64,000 nt of DNA from an uncultured Christensenella sp. GTDB lineage: Bacteria > Bacillota > Clostridia > Christensenellales > Borkfalkiaceae. This document shows, piece after piece, positions 27,819 to 35,514 of the stretch. The position numbers were made by a program, and so were the translations under genes. Position 1 is the first letter of the stretch; the number at the start of each line of letters is the position of its first letter. The DNA is taken from NCBI GenBank assembly GCA_964386845.1, contig CAYLUH010000005.1, forward strand, positions 5,680-69,679, given 5' to 3'. Below the pieces are notes generated by a model that had not been told where the DNA came from, made no database searches, and saw only the letters and a list, made by a program, of their open reading frames with translations.

Positions 27819-28641
27819 TAATCAATTAACTCTTTCCGTTTTGGACACGACGGAAATGGTTAACGACGCAATCAGAATTCATTCGTTGTCGCCGTTATCG
27901 GCAGCGGCACTCGGCAGAACGCTCACCGTATCCACCTTTATGAGTTCGGGATTAAAAAACGATACCGACAAACTGTCTGTATCCATAGTCGGAAACGGCG
28001 TCGGTGGAAAAATAACCGTGTGTGGAAACGGGCATTTGCAAATGCGTGGCAGTATAGAAAACCCGAAAGCAGACTTGCCGTTAAATTCGCTTGGAAAACT
28101 AGACGTAGGTGGTTGCGTCGGCAGAGAGGGTAGGTTAACCGTTACAAAGAGTATGGGCTTAAAAGAGCCGTACTCGGGTAGCGCAAAACTTGTAACGGGC
28201 GAAATTGCAGAAGACTTTGCCTCATATTACGCTTTGTCGGAACAGCAACCGACGGCGATTGCCTTGGGTGTAAAAATAGGAAAAGACTTAACTTGCGTTG
28301 GGGCAGGTGGCGTTATAATTCAAGCGCTTCCTTATGCAAGTGAAGAAAATCTTATCAAGGCGGAAAAGGTAATAAACCAATTTAAAAACATATCGACGCT
28401 CATAGAAGAAAAGGGTGCGTTAGGTGTGTTAAAAGAGTATTTAGGGGACGTCGAATACACTGAATATCACCCGAAATATCAATGTTTGTGCAGTAGAGAG
28501 TACATCGAGTCGTTACTTGTTTCGCTTGGAAAATCGGAACTTGAAGACATAATAAAAGAGCAGGGCGAAATAAAGGTAAATTGTGAGTTTTGTAACACCG
28601 AGTATAAATTCACCAAAGAGGACGTAGAAAAATTATTTTAG
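27787..28641 (+). CDS. hslO: redox-regulated chaperone Hsp33
   Basis: Hsp33 N-terminus (LLKALIFDNQLTLSVLDTTEMVNDA) and a C-terminal zinc centre CLC..x28..CEFC. TTG start with GGAGG 7 nt upstream. Confidence 0.9.
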   Translation: MNNLLKALIFDNQLTLSVLDTTEMVNDAIRIHSLSPLSAAALGRTLTVSTFMSSGLKNDTDKLSVSIVGNGVGGKITVCGNGHLQMRGSIENPKADLPLNSLGKLDVGGCVGREGRLTVTKSMGLKEPYSGSAKLVTGEIAEDFASYYALSEQQPTAIALGVKIGKDLTCVGAGGVIIQALPYASEENLIKAEKVINQFKNISTLIEEKGALGVLKEYLGDVEYTEYHPKYQCLCSREYIESLLVSLGKSELEDIIKEQGEIKVNCEFCNTEYKFTKEDVEKLF

Positions 28642-28649
28642 ATTAAGTT

Positions 28650-30323
28650 ATGGCAAAAGAAAAGGTAGTTGAGTTTGAATTAAATAAAGATTTAGTAAGA
28701 AAACTTGCGATGAGGCGTGCAGATAACGGCGATTACGTCGGTGCGCTGGATTTTTTGATGCCGTTATTAAATGGCAAAGGCGCCAACGACGTAATGCTCG
28801 ACGTTGCCGATATATACAGAGAAATGGACGAATTCGAACTGTCGAACAGATACATATTCAAATATATGAGTAAGACGGGCGAAAACAATTTATCCTCCGT
28901 GTACGAAGATTTAGCCATAAATCATTTTTATCTTGACCGTTACGACGTCGCTAGTTATTATCTTAAAAAGAAGTTGGACGAAGACGGCTTTTTGGATAGA
29001 GAATTATTAGACCAAGAAATTTTGGAATATTATTCGGGAAACGACGGGAAGGATATAAAACTTGTTTATCCTCCGGAACTTGCCGATTACGAAGAAGAAT
29101 ATAAAGAAGCCGTTAAAGAAATGGCGAGTGGCAATTTCGAGGGTGCAATTTATATGCTTTCGCAAATTCCGAAAGGTAGCAAAGATTATCTTAACGCCGT
29201 CGATAAGATTGCTTACGCATATTATCTTATGGACGATTTAGAAAAGGCTTTGTATTACAGCAAAGAAATGATAAAGTTAAAAGGCGATTCCGTTTTGGCG
29301 TATTGTCATTTAACAAACATTTATTCAAGAACGAGAAACAATAAAAAGTCGGATTTTTATTATGCAAAAGCAAAGAGTTGCGAGATAAAAGACAACGAAG
29401 AAGTCGCTCGTCTTGCCGTTTGTGCGTTAGATAAAAAAGACGGCGAGTTTGCTTGTTCGCTAATGGAAAAATTGTTAAAGGACAAGGAATATTCTTGCGA
29501 CCTTTTGATATATTACGGGCAAGCACTCGTAAATACGGACAGGTGGGAAAAGGCGAGGGAAGTTTTTTCCAAGGCGTACAGAATAGATAACGGCAACCAC
29601 GTTGCAAAATATTATTTAAAGTTTACCGAAAGGCTTTTAGACGGAGATAAGAATGCAAAAAGCAAGTTGCCGATAAGTTTTAGTGGCGATATTCCCGAAT
29701 TCGAATACGAAAAAATGATAGACAAGTTAATGGCGTTAAACGCTCAAAGCAGTAAAGCCTTTACCGAATCGTTAAAGAAGAAAGAGATACAAGAAATGTT
29801 TTCTTTCGGCGTGGAAAGTAAAAACCCCACTATATCCGAAGCGTGCGTTTTCACCTTGTTCAAAAGTCAATCGCCGTTCAGCGTAAAACTCTTAAAAGAG
29901 TGCTTGTTGTTAGACGGTGTTGATATAGGATTAAAAAGAGCAATCGTGTATAACTTAGCCTATAACGGGCAAAACAAAATCGCATTAACCGTTCACGGCA
30001 GATTTAACAGAATAAAGGTGGGAGATATAGGCGTGTCGAAAGGTCCGGAAGAACTTGTGTTCTTTTCGGGGTACGTGTCGGCGTTGGCGTTTTTAAGCGT
30101 AACGCCGTTTGATAATTATCTTAAGTTAAGAATGTTAGCGAAGATAGTGTATACGGACCTTGTAAACGATTACCAAGATTTAACGGCAGACGAAATCGGT
30201 GCGTTAATCGTGTATCTTTTAAAATTCGGCAAAGTAAGTACCAAGCAATCTGTTTGCAAGTGTTTCGGAATAAAGCGAGAAAGATTTAACCAAGTTTATG
30301 AATTATATAAAAAAAGGGACTGA
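28650..30323 (+). CDS. TPR-repeat protein with uncharacterised C-terminal domain
   Basis: 557 aa. TPR-like helical repeats cover the first ~330 aa (e.g. GDYVGALDFLMPLL, FEGAIYMLSQI, LEKALYYSKEMIKL, WEKAREVFSKAY). I recognise nothing in the C-terminal ~220 aa. Confidence 0.65.
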   Translation: MAKEKVVEFELNKDLVRKLAMRRADNGDYVGALDFLMPLLNGKGANDVMLDVADIYREMDEFELSNRYIFKYMSKTGENNLSSVYEDLAINHFYLDRYDVASYYLKKKLDEDGFLDRELLDQEILEYYSGNDGKDIKLVYPPELADYEEEYKEAVKEMASGNFEGAIYMLSQIPKGSKDYLNAVDKIAYAYYLMDDLEKALYYSKEMIKLKGDSVLAYCHLTNIYSRTRNNKKSDFYYAKAKSCEIKDNEEVARLAVCALDKKDGEFACSLMEKLLKDKEYSCDLLIYYGQALVNTDRWEKAREVFSKAYRIDNGNHVAKYYLKFTERLLDGDKNAKSKLPISFSGDIPEFEYEKMIDKLMALNAQSSKAFTESLKKKEIQEMFSFGVESKNPTISEACVFTLFKSQSPFSVKLLKECLLLDGVDIGLKRAIVYNLAYNGQNKIALTVHGRFNRIKVGDIGVSKGPEELVFFSGYVSALAFLSVTPFDNYLKLRMLAKIVYTDLVNDYQDLTADEIGALIVYLLKFGKVSTKQSVCKCFGIKRERFNQVYELYKKRD

Positions 30324-30328
30324 CGTAA

Positions 30329-31144
30329 ATGATTAAAATTATAGATATAGACAAGTTGTTCGACCAATACATCTCCGATTACGTTTATAAAAACATCGGC
30401 AAAATAAAGCCTGAAGAAATAGAAAACCAAATGCCCGTGCTGTACGAAAAGTTCGGCAAAGAATCTCTTGAAGAATTAGACGGCAAAACGCCCGAAACTT
30501 ATTACAGAAGTTTTATCGGCAAAGAGTTGATTTCTGCACTCAAAGAGCATATCGAAAAGGAGATAAGCGTGCCCGACTTTTTGTGCGAAGCGTTAACCGA
30601 ATTAGATACGGAAAGCGACCTTTTGACTGCGCTCGACGAAGAAACGAACGAAGAATTGTTAATGTACTTAATGAACGTTTTGGTAGACAAAAAATCAGAA
30701 AAATGTTTTAACAAATTTTTGCGTTTTATTGCGTGGGATTATAGCGAAAGCATTTGCGAATTAGCCACAGAATTCTTAAAAGAAAATGCAGAAAAAGTAA
30801 AGGAAGAAGCGCTTGAATATTATGCAGACGGCACTGAAAAACAGCGTGAGTATTTTGTGGAAATTTTATCGTTTGTAAAAGACGACGACAGAGTCTTCGA
30901 AATTTTGATGAAAGAGTTTGCCCTCCATCAAGACAACATTCCGTTGTACGCAAATTATATAAGTAGGTACGGAGACAGTAGGGCAATTCCTTTTTTGATG
31001 ACGGCAATAGAAAGCGAAAAAATCAATTATCAAGATTTTGAGGAATTGCAGTTTGCGATAGAAAGTCTTGGTGGAACGTACGATAAAAAACGTGATTTTT
31101 CCGGCGACAAAATTTACAAAAAAATTAAAGGCGAAAAAAAATAA
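30329..31144 (+). CDS. hypothetical helical protein with HEAT-like repeat
   Basis: 271 aa, starting 5 nt after the TPR gene. GDSRAIPFLMTAI resembles the HEAT/PBS-lyase repeat signature. Confidence 0.6.
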   Translation: MIKIIDIDKLFDQYISDYVYKNIGKIKPEEIENQMPVLYEKFGKESLEELDGKTPETYYRSFIGKELISALKEHIEKEISVPDFLCEALTELDTESDLLTALDEETNEELLMYLMNVLVDKKSEKCFNKFLRFIAWDYSESICELATEFLKENAEKVKEEALEYYADGTEKQREYFVEILSFVKDDDRVFEILMKEFALHQDNIPLYANYISRYGDSRAIPFLMTAIESEKINYQDFEELQFAIESLGGTYDKKRDFSGDKIYKKIKGEKK

Positions 31145-31166
31145 ATTAAAAAATAAGGTAAAAAAA

Positions 31167-31207
31167 TTCACCCGTGTAGCATAGTTTATACGGGTGAAAA
31201 TTTTTTT
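31167..31207 (+). terminator. intrinsic terminator-like hairpin
   Basis: Stem TTCACCCGT (31167-31175) / ACGGGTGAA (31190-31198), a 14-nt loop, and a T7 run at 31201-31207. Confidence 0.6.
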
Positions 31208-32198
31208 AAATGTATTAAGGCTTAGTTTTTTAATAATCGGTGGCGTTGTCGGAGCGGGTTTTTTGAGTGGGAGAGAACTTTTAAGTTTTTTCGGGCGTGG
31301 CAATTTTATTTTAAACAGTGCACTGTCTTTAATCGTTTTAGCCGTTCTTTTTTTAGCAGTAGGGAGGCTCGCCACAAATGAAAAGGCACAAAATACGGAA
31401 ACCGTTTTGTTTAACCAAAATAAAGTTAACGGGTGTTTTTTATTCGTATCGCTTTCCATATGTTTAGTGTGTATGCTGTCAGGCTTAAACGCCCTTACGG
31501 AAACGCTTTTCGGCGTGAACACGTGCCTTGTTGGTGCGTTGTCGCTCATCGTTTGTTTTTTCGTGTCGCAGGGCGAAATAAAAAGGGTGGAAAGGGTTAA
31601 TTCGGCACTGACGTTAATAACTCTTTTGTCGCTTGTATTTTGCGTGTTTTCTAGTGGAAAATTAAATTTTGAAAGTTACGGAAAAATAAATCCGATAACG
31701 CCGATTGTTTTTTCTTTTATAAATTTTTACCTTTGCGTGCCAATATTTTTTAAGGCGTGTAAAAATAAAAAAAGAGTAGAAGTGGCACTTTCGGTTATTA
31801 TTGCTTGCACGACGCTTTTCGTACTTTCGATTTTAATATTCGGAAGAATAAACGCATGTGGAGAAAGTGCAAAACATTTATCGCTTCCGATTTTTGCCAC
31901 CGTTAGTGGAAAACTTTTTTTCGTTGTCGGCGTGGTTATGGCAACGGGCATTTTGTCGTCGGTTACTTTGTCGTATTATTCGGCAGTTAAAACATTTAAC
32001 GAAAAAAATTTAGTTTGGAAAAAAATTATTTTTTCGGTAATGCTCGTATTGCTTTCGAAAATAGGTTTAACAACCGTCGTCGATTATATGTATCCTTTAA
32101 TCGGAGGCTTCGGAGCGTTGTTCGCCGTAAGCGTTTTTAAGATTTACTTAGGGAGGTATAAAAAACGGAAAACGGAAAATAATAATATTAAAAGTTAA
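31194..32198 (+). CDS. YkvI family membrane protein
   Basis: IIGGVVGAGFLSGRELLSFFG matches the YkvI N-terminal motif (GAGFASGQE). About 10 TM segments. GTG start with no clear SD. Confidence 0.7.
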   Translation: MKIFLNVLRLSFLIIGGVVGAGFLSGRELLSFFGRGNFILNSALSLIVLAVLFLAVGRLATNEKAQNTETVLFNQNKVNGCFLFVSLSICLVCMLSGLNALTETLFGVNTCLVGALSLIVCFFVSQGEIKRVERVNSALTLITLLSLVFCVFSSGKLNFESYGKINPITPIVFSFINFYLCVPIFFKACKNKKRVEVALSVIIACTTLFVLSILIFGRINACGESAKHLSLPIFATVSGKLFFVVGVVMATGILSSVTLSYYSAVKTFNEKNLVWKKIIFSVMLVLLSKIGLTTVVDYMYPLIGGFGALFAVSVFKIYLGRYKKRKTENNNIKS

Positions 32199-32211
32199 AG
32201 GCAGGTGTTTT

Positions 32212-32331
32212 ATGAAAAGAAAAAAGAACAATAAAAAACCAAAAAAACTTTCCGATAAAGATTACAACGATTATATAATGTCGCTCAAAGACGAACGGCC
32301 TCCGAAACTTATGGTAGACAATCAAAAATAA
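32212..32331 (+). CDS. candidate small basic protein (39 aa)
   Basis: My translation is MKRKKNNKKPKKLSDKDYNDYIMSLKDERPPKLMVDNQK. It is below the ORF-track size cutoff. It starts 13 nt after the upstream stop and a strong terminator follows directly. Confidence 0.35.
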   Translation: MKRKKNNKKPKKLSDKDYNDYIMSLKDERPPKLMVDNQK

Positions 32332-32336
32332 AACTA

Positions 32337-32370
32337 TTTGCGCTCTGAAGAAGGAGCGCAAATTTTTTTT
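32337..32370 (+). terminator. intrinsic terminator
   Basis: Stem TTTGCGCTC (32337-32345) / GAGCGCAAA (32354-32362), then a T8 run. Confidence 0.85.
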
Positions 32371-32445
32371 GTGTAAATTGATTGATATTTTTTTTTCGAT
32401 ATAGTATAATTACATTGCTATTAAAAAACAATCAAAGGAAAAAGT

Positions 32446-33585
32446 ATGCTGGAAATTGTAGAAGTAAAAACAAAAAAGCAAATAAAAGCTTTCGCCACTT
32501 ACCCGTTAAAATTGTACGAAGGTTGCCCTTATTACGTTCCGTCACTTTTAAGCGACGAAATGGGCACTTTTAACCCGAAAAAGAATTTTAGTTTAGAAAA
32601 TAACGAAATTAAAGGTTTTTTGTGTTATAAAGACGGAGAGTTAGTCGGCAGAATAGCAGGCATAATCAATAAAGTAGATAACGAACTTACGGGAAAGAAA
32701 TGGATTAGATTTTCCAGGTTCGAGTGTATAGACGACGTTGAGGTGTTTAAGGCATTGCTCGGCGCAGTAGAAAAATTCGGTAAAGAAAACGGAATGGAAT
32801 TGATACACGGCCCGTGGGGATTTAACGACCAAGATAGGGAAGGTATGCTGACGGACGGTTTCGATAAACGCAGTACTTACGCAACCAATTATTATTATCC
32901 GTATTTTTGCAAAAGAATGGTAGAACTCGGCTTTGAAGACGAATCGAAGTGGGTCGAAAGGTCTTTTGTTATACCCAAAAAGCCATACGAAAAGGTCGTA
33001 AGGGTAGCCGAAAAATTAAAAGAAAAATTAAAACTCGTAGATATTGCAGACACGCTTACCATCAAAGAAATTTTATCGCAATACGGCGACAAGTTTTTTG
33101 ACACTCTTAACGAGTCTTACGGTAAGTTGGACGGTTACGTTCCCGTCGAAGGCAAGGCAAAAGAGAATATAATCAGCCAATTTGCAACGATAGTAAACAC
33201 TCGTTACATTAGTATTTTAGTTGACGAAAACGACGAGGTCGCTGCGTTCGGCGTCGTACTTCCTTCGATTTGCGAGCCGTTAATAAAGCATAGGGGCAGA
33301 TTGTTCCCGACAGGTTTTATCGGTGTTTTGCAAGCGAAAAAGGCACCAAACGAGTTGGAAATGGCGCTTATCGGCGTAAAGGGTAAATATCTTAACACGG
33401 GCATAAACTCAATCGTCATCACCAGAATTATGAACAATATCATAGAAGACGGCATAGAGCATATCGAAAGCAACCCGATGCTAGAAACAAACCTTAACAT
33501 TCAAGCGCAATGGAAGTTTGCCGAAAACGAAATAATAAAGCGCAGACAAACTTACCAAAAGAAGATAGGCAGTTTAATTGAATAA
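32446..33585 (+). CDS. GNAT-fold acyltransferase-like protein (function unknown)
   Basis: 379 aa. The N-terminus (IVEVKTKKQIKAFATYPLKLYEGCPYYVPSLL) resembles a widespread family of ~380-aa proteins annotated as GNAT N-acetyltransferases. This is from memory of the family, not verified. Confidence 0.55.
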   Translation: MLEIVEVKTKKQIKAFATYPLKLYEGCPYYVPSLLSDEMGTFNPKKNFSLENNEIKGFLCYKDGELVGRIAGIINKVDNELTGKKWIRFSRFECIDDVEVFKALLGAVEKFGKENGMELIHGPWGFNDQDREGMLTDGFDKRSTYATNYYYPYFCKRMVELGFEDESKWVERSFVIPKKPYEKVVRVAEKLKEKLKLVDIADTLTIKEILSQYGDKFFDTLNESYGKLDGYVPVEGKAKENIISQFATIVNTRYISILVDENDEVAAFGVVLPSICEPLIKHRGRLFPTGFIGVLQAKKAPNELEMALIGVKGKYLNTGINSIVITRIMNNIIEDGIEHIESNPMLETNLNIQAQWKFAENEIIKRRQTYQKKIGSLIE

Positions 33586-33603
33586 TTTTTTAAGCATAAA
33601 GAC

Positions 33604-33640
33604 AAAAACAAAGGCGATTTTAACAGCCTTTGTTTTTTTT
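33604..33640 (+). terminator. intrinsic terminator
   Basis: Stem AAAAACAAAGGC (33604-33615) / GCCTTTGTTTTT (33626-33637), a 10-nt loop, then a T-run. Confidence 0.85.
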
Positions 33641-33660
33641 GTAAAAATGTAAAAAAAATC

Positions 33661-33690
33661 TTGAAAAAGCCATATATAATGTGATATAAT
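33661..33690 (+). promoter_or_regulatory. candidate promoter for plsX operon (TTGAAA-18 nt-TATAAT with TG extension)
   Basis: TTGAAA at 33661-33666, TG at 33682-33683 and TATAAT at 33685-33690. Confidence 0.5.
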
Positions 33691-33775
33691 ATATAATAAT
33701 TTTTACTTATACTGGAGAGTGTGGGCAAAAATAAAAAGAATAAAAGATAAAGAGAAAATTATTTGGAGAAAAAAT

Positions 33776-34780
33776 ATGAATAAAATTCTCATCGATGCCT
33801 TCGGTGGCGACAATGCTCCCGAAGAAGTGATTATCGGTAGTATTCAAGCATTAAGCGAAAAACAAGATTTTGTTGCCGTTTTCGTCGGCAATAAAGAAAA
33901 AATCGACGGCGTGTTAAACACTCTCGAATACGATAAAGAAAGGGTGGAAATAATAGAAGCAGAAGACGTGATTACTTGCGAAGAAGAACCCACGAAAGCA
34001 GTTATGTCGAAACCCGATTCCACCATATCGGTTGCTTTTAAAGAATTAAAAACAAACGACGATATGAAAGCGTTCGTCTCTGCCGGCTCGACGGGGGCAG
34101 TGCTTGTCGGCGCAACGCTAAAACTCGGTAGAATCGTCGGCGTTAAACGTCCTGCGCTCTGTCCGATACTTCCCAGTGCAAAAGACGACAAAGAAGTGTT
34201 TTTGTTGGATAGTGGCGCAAATGCAGACTGTAAGCCGGAATATTTGGTGCAATTTGCCTTGATGGGCGTTGCTTATGCAGAAACGAGGGGCGTCGAAAAT
34301 CCAAAGGTAGCATTACTTTCAAACGGTACGGAAGACGAAAAAGGCTCGTCGTTTAGTAAAGAAGTTTTCGGACTTTTGAAAGAACAAGAAAAAATAAATT
34401 TCGTCGGCAATATAGAGGCAAGGGACATTTTAAGCGGTGAAGTCGACGTCGTTGTGACGGACGGTTTTTCGGGCAACGTTGCGTTAAAGAGTATGGAAGG
34501 TGCGATAAACGTATTGTTCGGAGCAATAAAAGAGGGTATAGGCAGTTCGTTTAGTGGTAAAATCGGCGGGCTGTTTATGAAAAGCACTTTCAAGGAAATA
34601 AAAAACAAGTTGGATTACAACAAAAAGGGTGGCGCAGTTTTTCTCGGTGCAAAAAAACTTGTAATAAAGGCGCACGGCTCGTCTAAGAGAGAAGCCTTTA
34701 AGAACGCCGTTATTCAGGCTGTAAACGGCGTGGAACAAAACCTCGTTTGTAAAATAGAAGAAAAATTAGGTGGCGTTTAA
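33776..34780 (+). CDS. plsX: phosphate acyltransferase PlsX
   Basis: MNKILIDAFGGDNAP.. is the canonical PlsX N-terminus. GGAGAA lies 7 nt upstream of ATG 33776. The ORF track's GTG at 33719 adds an implausible 19-aa basic extension. Confidence 0.92.
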   Translation: MNKILIDAFGGDNAPEEVIIGSIQALSEKQDFVAVFVGNKEKIDGVLNTLEYDKERVEIIEAEDVITCEEEPTKAVMSKPDSTISVAFKELKTNDDMKAFVSAGSTGAVLVGATLKLGRIVGVKRPALCPILPSAKDDKEVFLLDSGANADCKPEYLVQFALMGVAYAETRGVENPKVALLSNGTEDEKGSSFSKEVFGLLKEQEKINFVGNIEARDILSGEVDVVVTDGFSGNVALKSMEGAINVLFGAIKEGIGSSFSGKIGGLFMKSTFKEIKNKLDYNKKGGAVFLGAKKLVIKAHGSSKREAFKNAVIQAVNGVEQNLVCKIEEKLGGV

Positions 34781-34788
34781 GGTAAAAA

Positions 34789-35514
34789 ATGATATTTGAC
34801 ATTGACGGGTGTGAGGAGCGCATCGGCTATAAATTTAAAGATAAAATGCTTTTAAGGAAGTGTTTTACCCACACGTCTTATGCTTACGAGCATAAAACGG
34901 AAGACAACGAATTGTTAGAATTTTTCGGCGATTCGATAATAGAATTCGTAGTTACGGAGTATCTATACAAAAACTCCGTCGGCGACGAGGGTGTGATGAC
35001 GAGAGAACGTGCGTCCATCGTATCGAAAGAGCCTCTTTTAAAGGTGGTGGAACTTTTGAAGTTAGACGAATTCGTGTTGTTCGGAGTGGGACAAGAACAT
35101 TCTGTAAACAAAACGGAAAAATTGTTTTCCAGTTTGTACGAAGCGCTAGTTGCCGGAATTTATATAGACGGTGGCATCGTACAAGCCAAAAAGTTTATTA
35201 TGAACACGCTGATTAAGGCTTACAAAAAGGGCATAATCGGTGTGGAAGAAAAGAAAGAAAAAGTCGGTGGAGAAGCAAAGAGTATGTTGCAAGAGTACGT
35301 TCAAGCAAGAAAACTCGGCTCCATCGCATACGAAGATTTGTATAAAAAGGGGCCTGACAACAGGCCGGAATTCAGAGTCGCCGTAACACTTAACGGCACG
35401 AGGATTGCAGAGGGCGTCGGCAGTAGTAAAAAGCAGGCGCAAGCAAAGGCGGCGAAAAAGGCTTTGGAGAGTTTAATTCAAAGGTCAAAAAGAAAAGGTG
35501 GTAAAAGAAAGTGA
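34789..35514 (+). CDS. rnc: ribonuclease III
   Basis: FTHTSYA, ELLEFFGDSI (RNase III signature) and a C-terminal dsRBD (..GPDNRPEFRVAV..GSSKKQAQAKAAKKAL). Confidence 0.93.
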   Translation: MIFDIDGCEERIGYKFKDKMLLRKCFTHTSYAYEHKTEDNELLEFFGDSIIEFVVTEYLYKNSVGDEGVMTRERASIVSKEPLLKVVELLKLDEFVLFGVGQEHSVNKTEKLFSSLYEALVAGIYIDGGIVQAKKFIMNTLIKAYKKGIIGVEEKKEKVGGEAKSMLQEYVQARKLGSIAYEDLYKKGPDNRPEFRVAVTLNGTRIAEGVGSSKKQAQAKAAKKALESLIQRSKRKGGKRK

